In this document: piece after piece, positions 36,219 through 46,042 of the stretch | How the letters are laid out: every line of letters begins with the position of its first letter | Position numbering within the stretch: the first letter of the stretch is position 1 | DNA from: a virus | Direction: 5' to 3' (one strand) | IMG/VR virus record: IMGVR_UViG_3300044841_000066 | Span: 4,395-68,394 of that record | Length of the DNA stretch: 64,000 nt | The notes under the pieces: model-generated | Seen by the model: only the letters and a program-made list of their open reading frames with translations | What the model was told of the DNA's origin: nothing | Databases searched by the model: none | Position numbers and translations under genes: made by a program

Positions 36219-36821
36219 TCAGGTCTCCCGCGCGTAGCAGAAGGCGCCGGCAAGGCCGAATATCCGCACCCGGCCAAGTTCACGCGTCGGCGTAAAATCA
36301 GCACCCTGGACAAACGGTCCTGTGCCCGGAACCAAAGGAAACAGCGAGACCGTACCGACGCCATTCGCGCCATCATCGAGCACAACAACTGCCAGCGCGC
36401 CGGTTGTATTGTTGACTTGAATAGCGTGGCGGCTTGGGTTGGCTACAATTGTTTCCAGCAAGGTCAGTAGAACCCCGTTGAATGTCCAGGTTGTTGCTGC
36501 GCCCGGCCCGGCCGGCGCATTGGCGCTTCGATCTATGCCGATTGTGCCGGACAGCGCTGTATTGATACTCCCGAGTTGGGCGATTTCGGTTGTCTGATTG
36601 GCGCTAATTGTCGCCAGCTCAGTGATAACCGTTCCCAGATTGAGAATGGCTGAGTTATCGAATACAGGTACCGCATTGGACGCGCCGACGACATCTGATC
36701 CCAACCATAGACCCACCAAGGGGACAACGGCCGATGTGCCCTGAATAACAACGTCCAGCGCGCCCGTCGGAATTACCGTTCCGACGGCGTCGATGACGTC
36801 CAGAAAGCCCGTTGTGGTCAT
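36219..36821 (-). CDS. Putative virion structural protein
   Basis: Thr/Gly/Ala-rich; beta-sandwich-like C-terminus; tail region. Confidence 0.6.
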   Translation of the reverse strand: MTTTGFLDVIDAVGTVIPTGALDVVIQGTSAVVPLVGLWLGSDVVGASNAVPVFDNSAILNLGTVITELATISANQTTEIAQLGSINTALSGTIGIDRSANAPAGPGAATTWTFNGVLLTLLETIVANPSRHAIQVNNTTGALAVVVLDDGANGVGTVSLFPLVPGTGPFVQGADFTPTRELGRVRIFGLAGAFCYARET

Positions 36822-36845
36822 AGCGCGACTCCTCCGCTCGCCGTT

Positions 36846-37646
36846 TTAAGTCGCGCCGTTACCCACAAGGGTAACCGTTGCGGTATTGCTGATGAATGAG
36901 ACAGCAGCACTGGAACGCCGAAGCAGATAGGTTTGCCCTGCGCCCACCGGAATATCGCTGCTCGCGACGCCTGTGTTCGCGTTGGTAATCTGATTGATCC
37001 ACCCCGCACTTGCCGGGATGACAAACCCGCCATTGATCGCATGTCCCGCCGTCAGGATGTTCACAGCTGCGCCAGCCGCAGCCGTCACAGTGACATCGAG
37101 TGCCACAGCATTCTCAACGATGCGCACGGGTTGGGTGTTGATCGCGGCATTGTAGATGCCCGATAACCAACCCGATATCCCGATGCCGCCGGTCGGCTGC
37201 GCAATGCCGTTAGCCGGTGTGCCGCCATCGTTTGAGGTGACCGTTCCGCTGATCGTTAACGTGCTGATGATCTTAGCGTAAATGCCCGAGAGGAAGCCCA
37301 GTACGCCGAGGCCGCCGGCCGGCTGCGCGACGCCTGTAGCCGCATTGCCTTGTGCGGTGGCGATTGTCGCCAGCGCAGCGTTCCCGGTTGTCTGCCCGGC
37401 CAGAGTGGCGACCCCATTCGTATTCCCGGCGATGGTTGTCAACGCCGTTTCGGCATTGGCGTCGGCGACCGGGAACGGATGCGTCTGGGATACCGTTGTG
37501 CCGTCCGAGCGGATGCCGTTGATTGAGGCAAAGATCGGATTGCCGACCGCCGGACCGGTCGAGGCCACACCCGTTTGAAACGCCAGGGTGCCGACCAATT
37601 GGGTCGCACCATTCGTGATTACATTCCAGCCTTCGGTATCTGCCAC
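36846..37646 (-). CDS. Putative virion fibre protein with internal repeat
   Basis: G(V/I)AQPxGGxGxxGxLSGIY occurs twice. Confidence 0.6.
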   Translation of the reverse strand: MADTEGWNVITNGATQLVGTLAFQTGVASTGPAVGNPIFASINGIRSDGTTVSQTHPFPVADANAETALTTIAGNTNGVATLAGQTTGNAALATIATAQGNAATGVAQPAGGLGVLGFLSGIYAKIISTLTISGTVTSNDGGTPANGIAQPTGGIGISGWLSGIYNAAINTQPVRIVENAVALDVTVTAAAGAAVNILTAGHAINGGFVIPASAGWINQITNANTGVASSDIPVGAGQTYLLRRSSAAVSFISNTATVTLVGNGAT

Positions 37647-37663
37647 AGACTTAAACTCCTTGA

Positions 37664-38491
37664 TTAAGGGGACGGTGCGAAAGCGAAACCAGCAAGCTCG
37701 CCGTCATAGTAGAACACCGATGAATTCGCAGCGGTCGTGTAGTTCTGCGAAGGCACTGGCGCGCTCGGTGAGGGCGCATAGAATATGCCGGACGGTTGAC
37801 CGCGAAAGACGCGCAGCCCCGAGTTTCTGGCATCGCTGAAGTTAAGCGAGGGGACGATCGCGGAGGCCGGGAATACAGCGAAAGGATAGCCGGCCAATTC
37901 ACCGTCATAGTAGAAAACTGATGAATTCTCAGCGGCCGTATAGTCCTGCGAGGGCACAAGCGGCTGCGGCGGGAAGGCTGTGAACGGATAGCCGCTGAGC
38001 ATGCCATCGAAGTAGAACACTGATGAATTCTCAGCGGCTGTGTAATTTTGCGAGGGCACACGCGGCGGTGAAAGCATCCACTCGATTATCGGACCGAAAC
38101 CCGAATTCGGCGGATCGGGCAGGGGTTGGATGGCCAGGAGGTCGTCAATCGGAAGGCCGATCAGGAACGACAAGGTCTCTGGCAATGCGGTGCGGATATT
38201 GATCTTGACAATGTAGTTCCGCCCCGCGATCCCGCCGGCACCATGCCAAGTCAGTAGACCACCAACAACGCGTAGGTTCGTTGCTTGCAGCTCGCCGCTT
38301 CCGGACGGTTGGACACTCAAGCTGGCCTCAAGCGGCACATCGAGCGGTTGGAGTGCTATTGAATAGTTCAGCGCATAGTCGCGCGAGGTGTCAGGTTCCG
38401 TGACGGGCCATTGGTAGGCCGGGCCGGGCGGCATCGACAGAAAGCCGCCCCAACGCGCAACCGAACCAATCGTTATCAGCTCGTAGCTCAT
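37664..38491 (-). CDS. Fibre adaptor-like protein with C-terminal ~34-aa repeats
   Basis: RDYALNY adaptor-like N-domain; VPSQ(N/D)YTxAxNSSVFY(Y/F)DG three times plus one degenerate copy. Confidence 0.6.
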   Translation of the reverse strand: MSYELITIGSVARWGGFLSMPPGPAYQWPVTEPDTSRDYALNYSIALQPLDVPLEASLSVQPSGSGELQATNLRVVGGLLTWHGAGGIAGRNYIVKINIRTALPETLSFLIGLPIDDLLAIQPLPDPPNSGFGPIIEWMLSPPRVPSQNYTAAENSSVFYFDGMLSGYPFTAFPPQPLVPSQDYTAAENSSVFYYDGELAGYPFAVFPASAIVPSLNFSDARNSGLRVFRGQPSGIFYAPSPSAPVPSQNYTTAANSSVFYYDGELAGFAFAPSP

Positions 38492-38513
38492 GTGTCGGCC
38501 TTTTTATTCTGTC

Positions 38514-39101
38514 TTAATTTCCCCGAACGCGTACGTTCATGGCGACGACTCCAGAAACACCAAAGCCGGTTGAGTTCGTCGTAAGCTGGCAGGTAAATCT
38601 ATCGATCGGCTCTGCGGAAACCGTCACGCCCCCAAGCGGCGGGGTGGTTCCAGAGTACGAGGTCATGATATCAAAGGTGTTGTGGGGGAAGGCGACGGGG
38701 TACGTAACGGTGTTCCCAAAATAGCCGGCGCCGCTGAAGTTGATCAGGGTCGTAAAGGAAAGATCGATAATCCCGTCTGGGAAAGTATGGATTAGTCCAC
38801 CAGATACGATACTGTGCGAGAAGGCGTTGTCAAAAAGGACGCGCAATGCCGCCTTAAAATTCGCCAGGAGCGTTGTGATGACACCGGTGTCGATGACATC
38901 TGCATTGATCTCGTCGATAATGAACTGTGCCAGCATATTCGCCATGAGCGAGGCTTGCCGCGCGCTTTTGTTATAGAGCGTAGGATCGGCCAAGCCGGTG
39001 ACAACACCATTTGCCAGGAACGCCGAGGCCGCATATCCCGCCTGCGAGATAACATTACCACCCGAGGGCGCCCAAATCAGGAAGTCGTTTTCAGCGGGCA
39101 T
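38514..39101 (-). CDS. Short tail fibre / baseplate-anchored fibre base
   Basis: NDF...NVISQA.Y...NKSARQAS.MA...AQFI anchor domain; YPVAFP C-domain. Confidence 0.7.
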   Translation of the reverse strand: MPAENDFLIWAPSGGNVISQAGYAASAFLANGVVTGLADPTLYNKSARQASLMANMLAQFIIDEINADVIDTGVITTLLANFKAALRVLFDNAFSHSIVSGGLIHTFPDGIIDLSFTTLINFSGAGYFGNTVTYPVAFPHNTFDIMTSYSGTTPPLGGVTVSAEPIDRFTCQLTTNSTGFGVSGVVAMNVRVRGN

Positions 39102-39196
39102 CGTTTTATCCTGTGATTGGTGCTATCAATTATTGTTCGCGGACACAAGCTGGGTGTGCGTTGTTGGCAGAAGCAAGGCGTCGGATTAGCCATCTG

Positions 39197-39397
39197 TCAC
39201 TCGCCAGAAAGCGCGGCAATGCCGGCGCGGAACGATTGCAGATCAGGTCGGTGCTCGCGACTTTCGATCACAACCACAGAGCCGGCAACAATGGCGTTAA
39301 GCGCATTGCTTACGGCCACGAATGCCGGCATCTCAGCGCCAGTCAGGTTCAGGCGTTGAAGAAATTGCAGTGCTATAGCAGCGGTTTGCTTGTCCAT
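39197..39397 (-). CDS. Small fibre chaperone-like protein
   Basis: GGAG RBS; FLQRLNLTGAE pattern; follows a fibre gene. Confidence 0.5.
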   Translation of the reverse strand: MDKQTAAIALQFLQRLNLTGAEMPAFVAVSNALNAIVAGSVVVIESREHRPDLQSFRAGIAALSGE

Positions 39398-39436
39398 TAT
39401 TGCTCCGGGGATTGAGGTCGAGCGTGGCGGGGCAGA

Positions 39437-40870
39437 TCAGTTTGCGACCGTCAACATACGAAACCCCGTCCCCCCGCTATCCGCAGCCCCGCAGACAATT
39501 TTCCGAAGCCCCACACCTGGAATGAAGACATTGACGCAAGGCGTTCCGCTATCTGACGTGTCAACGCTGAATGCGGGAGTGGTGTTGGCGGCATTGGATA
39601 CTTGAATAGAACCGTTACCGAATTCCAGCACCGGCCCATTAACCGTTGTTGCGGTGAGTATCGTTCCAGCGAGGCCCAGATTGCCACTCGCGCCACCCGC
39701 GAAGGCGATTGAGCTACCGACCGGCAAATCAATCGCAGGCAAGCTGAATAGTCCAGCGCGGAAGTCGATCCCGCGCTGTAGGCTGACGCTGTTCGACGTG
39801 CCTGCCAGCAGGATTAAGTCGGTTGAGGTCGGTGCCGTCGTTGCTGGCGACACGAAATCGCCAAACTGAATGGCTGACTGCCAACCAACGCCGCCGGTTT
39901 GCGCTGCAATGTAAAGGCCCGCCGAGCGTGATGTCCCGTCATGTATGCTCGTGTTGACATCAACGATTTGCACGCCGGTTTTGGTAGCTACAGGCGTACG
40001 CACATCAGTGTTGAATTCAGCACCGGTCACACCAGCCGAAGAGGCCACGCCACTCAATGCTTGCGCAGACCCATTCATCCCGAACGCCGAACCTGATCCG
40101 GCCGTAAGGAATGTGAAGCCGCTAACACCGCACACGAACTCATTTACGTTCGTCCCGCTAGACGTGTATTGCGCAGTGAACGCCTGTCGATGGCCCGTTC
40201 CTCCGGTTCGTGTCCCTACCACGGTGACGGCATCGTAGAACGCCGATCCCATCGCGAAGGACTCGGAAAAAGCCAACTGAAACAGCGGCGCCGATGAGTT
40301 TGTCAGGTTTCCAAGACTACCTAGCGCACCAAATGCCGTCTGCTCGATTGCATTCGTGGACGTCAACGCAGCGGTCACATCTGGCCCGCTCAATGTGACC
40401 GCACCCGCGCGGGCGTTGAACGAGGCGACGCCCGCGACGCCACCGCCCCCTGAGGCGGAAATGACGCCGCCACTGATCGTTACCGTTGAACCATCTACCT
40501 TGACGCCGCCGAGAACCGTGGTTGATGCGGTCGGGAGAGTGTAGCCGCCGCTCGATCCATTCGCCGCCGCCACTAGTCGACCCTTGGCATCTACCGTAAT
40601 GTTGGCGTTTGTGTAAGCGCCAGCCGCAACGCCTGTTGTTGCCAAACTTGGGTTGGGATAGGCGCCGCCCAAATCGCCGCCCGCCACGCCCGTCGGCGCG
40701 CCGCCCGCAATCCACGCGGTTCCGTTCCAGGTCTCGGTCGACCCGAGGGTCGTGTTGAACCCCATCGCGCCCGCCGCAGGTGTGGCTGGACGCGTCGCCG
40801 TTGTCCACGCATCGAGGTTGAGAGGCCCTTGCAACGTGACTGTGACGTAGGTAGGAGAGGGATTGGCCAC
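39437..40870 (-). CDS. Tail fibre / receptor-binding protein
   Basis: GGDLGG.YPNP, ITVDAKGR, YTLPTAS...LGGVKV and VASFNARAGAVTL fibre motifs. Confidence 0.8.
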   Translation of the reverse strand: MANPSPTYVTVTLQGPLNLDAWTTATRPATPAAGAMGFNTTLGSTETWNGTAWIAGGAPTGVAGGDLGGAYPNPSLATTGVAAGAYTNANITVDAKGRLVAAANGSSGGYTLPTASTTVLGGVKVDGSTVTISGGVISASGGGGVAGVASFNARAGAVTLSGPDVTAALTSTNAIEQTAFGALGSLGNLTNSSAPLFQLAFSESFAMGSAFYDAVTVVGTRTGGTGHRQAFTAQYTSSGTNVNEFVCGVSGFTFLTAGSGSAFGMNGSAQALSGVASSAGVTGAEFNTDVRTPVATKTGVQIVDVNTSIHDGTSRSAGLYIAAQTGGVGWQSAIQFGDFVSPATTAPTSTDLILLAGTSNSVSLQRGIDFRAGLFSLPAIDLPVGSSIAFAGGASGNLGLAGTILTATTVNGPVLEFGNGSIQVSNAANTTPAFSVDTSDSGTPCVNVFIPGVGLRKIVCGAADSGGTGFRMLTVAN

Positions 40871-40886
40871 TTCTATTCACCCATAT

Positions 40887-41750
40887 TCATGCAATCCAGA
40901 CCTCGCCGCCTGAATTCCAAAGTCGATTGCTAAAAGGCGCCGGACTTGTCAGCGGTAGGTTGCCGCCGCCCATGGCCAACAATTCGGATGCCAACACAGC
41001 GCCAAATACAACTGGCGGTGCGGCAGGGTCGGGTGTAATACCCGGAACAACTGTTACAACGCCGCCGTTGCTCCAAAACGCGCCAGCAGCAAGCCCAGAG
41101 GGACTTGCTGGCCAAGAGGAAGGATCGACGAGCGCCAGCACCCCGCCGTCATCATTTAAATTAGTTGATGCATTGACATAATTAACGCGGACCGCTACCG
41201 GCTTTAATCCCAGCTCGCCGGCCTCGATCAATGCGGTAAACAAAGCGCCGGGCGGTTGGCCGCCGATCGTCAGCGTCATTGTCATGTTCATATTATCGAC
41301 AATCGTCAGCACCGTGCCGGGCGTGGACGATCCGCTGAAAAGCACAGCCAACGCCGGATAGGCGCCAGCAATGGTACCGTCCCAGTTATTCGAGATGATG
41401 CGCGCCTTGATCAGCAAGCGGTATGTGGCATCATCCAGTCTATGCAGATCGGTGACAGGTGTGAGTGGTTGATGCCAGATCGCTTCGCCCCAACCAAGAC
41501 CAACGATGCCCCAAGAAAAGAAGGCAGCAAGCGGTACCGCTACATAGCGCGATACACCAACCCAAAGCCCGACGCTATCGAGCTGAACACCAATCGCCTG
41601 ATCAACATCATACAGCGCCGGGATGCCCAGCAAGAGGTTCTGCATGTCAACAAGCGGTTGGAGCGACGCCGCGACCGAAGCCAAGAACTTCGATTTGTTT
41701 GCGTGCTGGGATGTGATAAGATTTTGATAGTCGGCGAGCGTTACCGTCAC
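40887..41750 (-). CDS. Baseplate protein (DUF2612-like)
   Basis: YQNLITSQH, AIGVQLD.VG.WVG, LDDATYR.LIKARI..N.WDG. Confidence 0.85.
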   Translation of the reverse strand: MTVTLADYQNLITSQHANKSKFLASVAASLQPLVDMQNLLLGIPALYDVDQAIGVQLDSVGLWVGVSRYVAVPLAAFFSWGIVGLGWGEAIWHQPLTPVTDLHRLDDATYRLLIKARIISNNWDGTIAGAYPALAVLFSGSSTPGTVLTIVDNMNMTMTLTIGGQPPGALFTALIEAGELGLKPVAVRVNYVNASTNLNDDGGVLALVDPSSWPASPSGLAAGAFWSNGGVVTVVPGITPDPAAPPVVFGAVLASELLAMGGGNLPLTSPAPFSNRLWNSGGEVWIA

Positions 41751-42973
41751 GAAATGATCGTCCAATCGGCCGCGGTCGTAAATGCAATCTGATTGAACGC
41801 GATGGTCACATCGGCGGCGGCGGGCGTAGCCGGGGAGATGGCGATCAATACTGATGTCAACTCGTAGGTCTGGCCGTCCGTGGGGGTCGCTGGCGCGGCA
41901 TAGGGACCGACGAGCAGGGCAGGTGAGTAAAGCCGGGTAAATTGCACCGATTTGCCGATGCCCAGACCGTTGATGGCGGCGGCAACCGCAATACCGGCTT
42001 CCAGACCAATAGCGGTTATATACCCCACCCCTGGCGTAAGCGTGATCGATCCGGCGACATGGATTTCGGTCGGAATATTAAAATTGATCGTGGAGGCGTT
42101 GCCTGTGGTTGGGTCCGTATAGGTGCCGGACACCGCACCCGTTCCGCCGCCCCAGGTATTGGCGCCGATCGTCTTTTTAAGACCGATAATGTTAACAATT
42201 GATTGCAAGTCACCGCCGAGTACAGAAAAGCAAAACGAATGCGGCGGCGCACCGATACTATCAGCAACATCGGTATCATTTTCGTGCACGCTGATCGCTG
42301 TTACCCCAGGCAAATTAGAGATCAGACCGAACATGCCGCCTACAGGCGTTGTCGAGCCAAGCTGGGTCGAATTCGTCTGTCGTAAGCGAAGCGTGGCGTC
42401 GCGCTCAACAGGCGCACCCGGCGCTGCATTGGCGGGATTGTTCGCGGACTGCCAGCCTGCCGTCGGTGTCAACATGACACTCAGCGTATTGGCGGCGGCC
42501 TGAATGGCGCCTTGGGTTGTGCAGGTCGCGGTAACGGTAGTCGAGCCGCCGCTCGGAATGGTCACCGAAGCCGGCAAAGCCCATTGCGTACCAAGGGATT
42601 GGTTATCGCCGACAAGGCCATTGGTGATCGTCCGCCCGGCCTGACCGACAACCAGGATAGCCGCCTGACTATTGCTTGGCACCAAGCGCTTTATGTTGTT
42701 GATCTTGACGACTGATGAAAGCCCGGCGCCGATCGCTGTGGCCGGCGAGAATTGATTGTAGACGAATACGCACGCCTGCCCCATATCGGCGAAGCCCTTG
42801 GCGATGATTGCCAACCATTGCCCGTCCTGGGTATCCGGATCGAGATCGACATCGGTGCCGTAGATCGAGGTATAGCTGGCTTGGAGCGAGAGCAGCGTAT
42901 CGTTGAACGAAACGACCGTGATGCCGTTCGCGTCGATGGTTGGCGCCAGCGTGGGTAGGGGATAGGTCGTCAC
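41747..42973 (-). CDS. Baseplate J-like wedge protein
   Basis: IYG.D..LDPDTQDGQ, ERDATLR.R, VHENDT, PPHS. Confidence 0.88.
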   Translation of the reverse strand: MTTYPLPTLAPTIDANGITVVSFNDTLLSLQASYTSIYGTDVDLDPDTQDGQWLAIIAKGFADMGQACVFVYNQFSPATAIGAGLSSVVKINNIKRLVPSNSQAAILVVGQAGRTITNGLVGDNQSLGTQWALPASVTIPSGGSTTVTATCTTQGAIQAAANTLSVMLTPTAGWQSANNPANAAPGAPVERDATLRLRQTNSTQLGSTTPVGGMFGLISNLPGVTAISVHENDTDVADSIGAPPHSFCFSVLGGDLQSIVNIIGLKKTIGANTWGGGTGAVSGTYTDPTTGNASTINFNIPTEIHVAGSITLTPGVGYITAIGLEAGIAVAAAINGLGIGKSVQFTRLYSPALLVGPYAAPATPTDGQTYELTSVLIAISPATPAAADVTIAFNQIAFTTAADWTIIS

Positions 42974-42976
42974 AGA

Positions 42977-43345
42977 TCACCCCGGAAAGGCAAGAGGGAT
43001 AGTTAGGAGCGCGGTCGTCCCGTATTGGGTTACACCAATCACAGAAACCGTTAACTGGCGCGTCGTGCCATCAAAGGAACTGGAATAGGCCTCAAGCCCG
43101 ATCATGCCAGGGGTACCCAGGATGCGCTCTTGTATCGCGGCATCGTAGAGCGCCTGCGTCCCGGTTCCCAACACATCCGTCATGTATGGCGTTCCCGCGG
43201 TCAGATCGAGGAACCACTCCTTGGTCCAGAGACCGAGGCGGGTCGTGCACGCCTGCGCAACGGCCGCTGGCGTATTCACCAGGAAATTGGCCGAACTCTG
43301 ACCAAAGGTCATGTCGCCGTTTGCATCCATTTGCCTGATGCGCAT
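42977..43345 (-). CDS. Baseplate wedge / sheath initiator
   Basis: R..D.NGD.TFG, AVAQ...TRL.L...EWFLD...GTPY. Confidence 0.8.
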   Translation of the reverse strand: MRIRQMDANGDMTFGQSSANFLVNTPAAVAQACTTRLGLWTKEWFLDLTAGTPYMTDVLGTGTQALYDAAIQERILGTPGMIGLEAYSSSFDGTTRQLTVSVIGVTQYGTTALLTIPLAFPG

Positions 43346-43348
43346 GTT

Positions 43349-44035
43349 CTAGGTTCCCGGTGTCGGAACAGAGGTGCCGGCCGCCGCGGTTCCGGTGCCG
43401 TGCTTATGCTGGGTTACCGTAGCCGATGCGCCGCCCAGTTTGGCTGTGATTTCTTGCGTCGCTGTGATCGTCCCCGTTACGGCAAGTGGTCCCGTGATAT
43501 TGATCCCGCCCGGCGCCAGGATGTTGATGATATGTCCAGGCGCCATCTCGATATGACAGGCGCCGTCGTCAGAGCGGAGCTGAGCGGATGTTGCACTGAT
43601 CGATCCGGGCACGCGTGGAACCGATCTGAGGCCCGGTATCGCCATACCATCCGAAAGGTCATGGGTGCGCTGCTCGATCTGTCCCTGCACCCCGCCGGAT
43701 TGCCACCATGCGTCGATGCAGCGGGCCGAAAACACAACCAGTACTTCATCGCCCGCCGCGATCGGAAAGGTCGCGCAAAAGCCGCCGCCGCCGGGAAACA
43801 CCACCGGCACCTTGACGAGCAGGGTAATCTCGGTATCCACCTGAGTCTGGATGCCCGACTTGGGGTCTTGCTGAAGGACGACCGCATTGATCGCCGGACG
43901 AACGGATACGGTATTGTCACTCGCGTTGTAAGCCGTCACGATGCCGGGGAGGGCGGTCCATATGGCCCTTTGCCAGCCAGCCAGGGCAACGCCCATGGCT
44001 GCGGTGTGATCGGCGCTGCGCTCTTTCTGATCCAT
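43349..44035 (-). CDS. Baseplate central spike (gp138/gpV-like)
   Basis: TALPGIV, VPVVFP.GGG, GDEV, RCID.W, HDLSD, C-terminal HKH metal tip. Confidence 0.85.
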   Translation of the reverse strand: MDQKERSADHTAAMGVALAGWQRAIWTALPGIVTAYNASDNTVSVRPAINAVVLQQDPKSGIQTQVDTEITLLVKVPVVFPGGGGFCATFPIAAGDEVLVVFSARCIDAWWQSGGVQGQIEQRTHDLSDGMAIPGLRSVPRVPGSISATSAQLRSDDGACHIEMAPGHIINILAPGGINITGPLAVTGTITATQEITAKLGGASATVTQHKHGTGTAAAGTSVPTPGT

Positions 44036-45015
44036 CAGGGATACGCCGGAACAGAGGCGGCGGGCGCGGCCGAGGGATCGATCGCAAGGCAGGTCAGCTT
44101 GGCATACCATTCGGTGCCGCGACTATCACCGCCGAACTCCTGGACGATCACGCGATAGAAGCCGTCGTCGGTGACCGAGGCGAACGCGCCCGCGAAAGGA
44201 TTGTCGTAACTAGGGACGATGTTCTTGTCGTTACTGATCGTCTGGTTGATCAGCGTATTGTTGATTTGAATGCGCGTTCCCACCCTGATCTTGGGATTGA
44301 TCAGGCACAGCGCCTGGATACCCTCTTGCGTCGACTCGGGTTGACCGATCAAGCCGGTCTGCGAATTCAGCACAACTGCCTCACCGGGGAGGTATCCCGT
44401 CAGCGGGATCATGCTGATTTTGCCGCCCTGGCCGATCACCCAGGTACTGCCCGTCGATTGCGCCAGCACCCCGAGATAGGAGAGCGCCATGCCGAAAGCC
44501 ACCTTACCGCGGGGAAGGGTGCCGCCGATCAGATTGGCACCCGATCCGTCGACCTGATAACCGTACTGATCCAGCGCCTTATTAATCAGATCGAGCTGGT
44601 CCTGCTGCGAGGCGCCGGGCGCCAGCGTGCCGTTGACAACCGCAAACGTGTAAGGTAGATCGCCTTCCGACGCCAGGATGTCCAAGAAGTTATCGGTATT
44701 GCGCTCACGCCCGGATCGCGTCTGCTTAATTGTGCCGTCGAAGATGATGCCGGATTGTTGACCCTGATAGCCGGTCTGCAAGACAACGCGGGTGAATTCC
44801 TTTTGGATCTTCTGGCGCGTCGCATCGCTGAGATTGTAGACACGTATCGTCGCTTCATTGGGCGACTGCGCGTCCTGCTGGCGGATGTTGAACACGAACT
44901 TCAGCTCGGAGAGATCGAGCGCGGGTTGGGTTGCCGTATCGCCGGAAAGTGACGGCGAAGCAACGATCAGCTTGCCTTGCCTGATCCATTGCGCGCCCTG
45001 GGTTGTCGCGCTCAT
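44035..45015 (-). CDS. Baseplate hub protein
   Basis: PN.A.IRVYNLS, GY...G.IF.G, TGLIG.P, GDSRG..WY. Confidence 0.8.
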   Translation of the reverse strand: MSATTQGAQWIRQGKLIVASPSLSGDTATQPALDLSELKFVFNIRQQDAQSPNEATIRVYNLSDATRQKIQKEFTRVVLQTGYQGQQSGIIFDGTIKQTRSGRERNTDNFLDILASEGDLPYTFAVVNGTLAPGASQQDQLDLINKALDQYGYQVDGSGANLIGGTLPRGKVAFGMALSYLGVLAQSTGSTWVIGQGGKISMIPLTGYLPGEAVVLNSQTGLIGQPESTQEGIQALCLINPKIRVGTRIQINNTLINQTISNDKNIVPSYDNPFAGAFASVTDDGFYRVIVQEFGGDSRGTEWYAKLTCLAIDPSAAPAASVPAYP

Positions 45016-45323
45016 GGCGTTGTCACGAAGTATAGGTTACCCTGATCGCCCAGATTGGCAAAGGTCGGCAGCGCCAATGTGTCGTTTGCGGTCTGCACAA
45101 TCAGCGCGCCGGCAAATCCCAGGTAGGCATATTGCGCCAGCAGATCGGCCGAGGTAACAAGCGGGATGCCGCCAAGGATCGGGTTGCTGTTCACATCAGC
45201 GATGTCCAACATCCAGAGCTGGCCGATCCGACACCAATAGACATTCAGATTGTAGGTCGTGCCACCGAGCGCGATCGACAGCGTCTGCGGCTTGTTGATG
45301 AGCGGAACGAGGTAGGCCGTCAT
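45012..45323 (-). CDS. Small baseplate (plug-like) protein
   Basis: W..DI.D....PIL.GIPLV...DLL.QY.YLG. Confidence 0.75.
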   Translation of the reverse strand: MTAYLVPLINKPQTLSIALGGTTYNLNVYWCRIGQLWMLDIADVNSNPILGGIPLVTSADLLAQYAYLGFAGALIVQTANDTLALPTFANLGDQGNLYFVTTP

Positions 45324-46042
45324 GCCGACACCGTTGGTTGGCTGAACGCCGGCGCCGGTTGGAGCGACTGGCCGCCCTGCGGTTGGGTTGGCGTTGTATC
45401 CTGCGGCGCCGCCTGCGCGTTGGTGTTCGTCGGCACCTGAAGCGTCACAACATTGGCGATCAGGATTTCGGAAAAGCCAACGGTCACAATCAACGCGTTC
45501 TCGGTGTCTGTCGTTGTGCGCTCGGACAGCGTATGGATCAGCATATTCCTGTAGACACGCTTGCCGGTGTAGACGGACACAAGCGTCCGCTGCGCCTTGA
45601 TTGTGTAGAGCTTGGCGAACAGCGTCTTGATCAGATTGTTATTACCGGCACCCGTGAACCCGGCCAGGGAGGGGATCGGCAAGAGACCCAGCAGGTTCGG
45701 GAGGCCGGAATTCGCCGCGCTGGATGGCGTCCAACCAATTTCCATGATCAATTCGAGCGGCAAGTTAAAGGCATGATCAGAGATTGTGGCGCCCTGCTCG
45801 ACAGGGTGCTTTGTGATCTCGACTTCCGCCCGGTGCTCTTCCATGATGGCGACATAGCCGCCAAGCGACTCGGTGATCGGATCGCCGGATTGCGTTGGCC
45901 CCTGAAGCTGATTGCCCGCCTGATCGGTCGCCGGCCAGATGATCTTGCGCGTACTCTGCGCCATGATCGAGGTGACGATCGATTTGGCAAAGCCGGCGGC
46001 CGAAAATGCCGTGATCGCGCCGGATACAAGCGCGCCGCTCAT
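45320..46042 (-). CDS. Tail tube initiator / Dit-like protein
   Basis: E.H....IT.HPVEQGA.ISDHA; TGKR.Y.NMLI. Confidence 0.8.
   Translation of the reverse strand: MSGALVSGAITAFSAAGFAKSIVTSIMAQSTRKIIWPATDQAGNQLQGPTQSGDPITESLGGYVAIMEEHRAEVEITKHPVEQGATISDHAFNLPLELIMEIGWTPSSAANSGLPNLLGLLPIPSLAGFTGAGNNNLIKTLFAKLYTIKAQRTLVSVYTGKRVYRNMLIHTLSERTTTDTENALIVTVGFSEILIANVVTLQVPTNTNAQAAPQDTTPTQPQGGQSLQPAPAFSQPTVSA

Noticed and set aside
37664-38070. Near-identical ~100-bp repeats as a DGR template/variable pair
   Set aside because: All copies are in-frame protein repeats, differences are not adenine-specific, and there is no reverse transcriptase in the window
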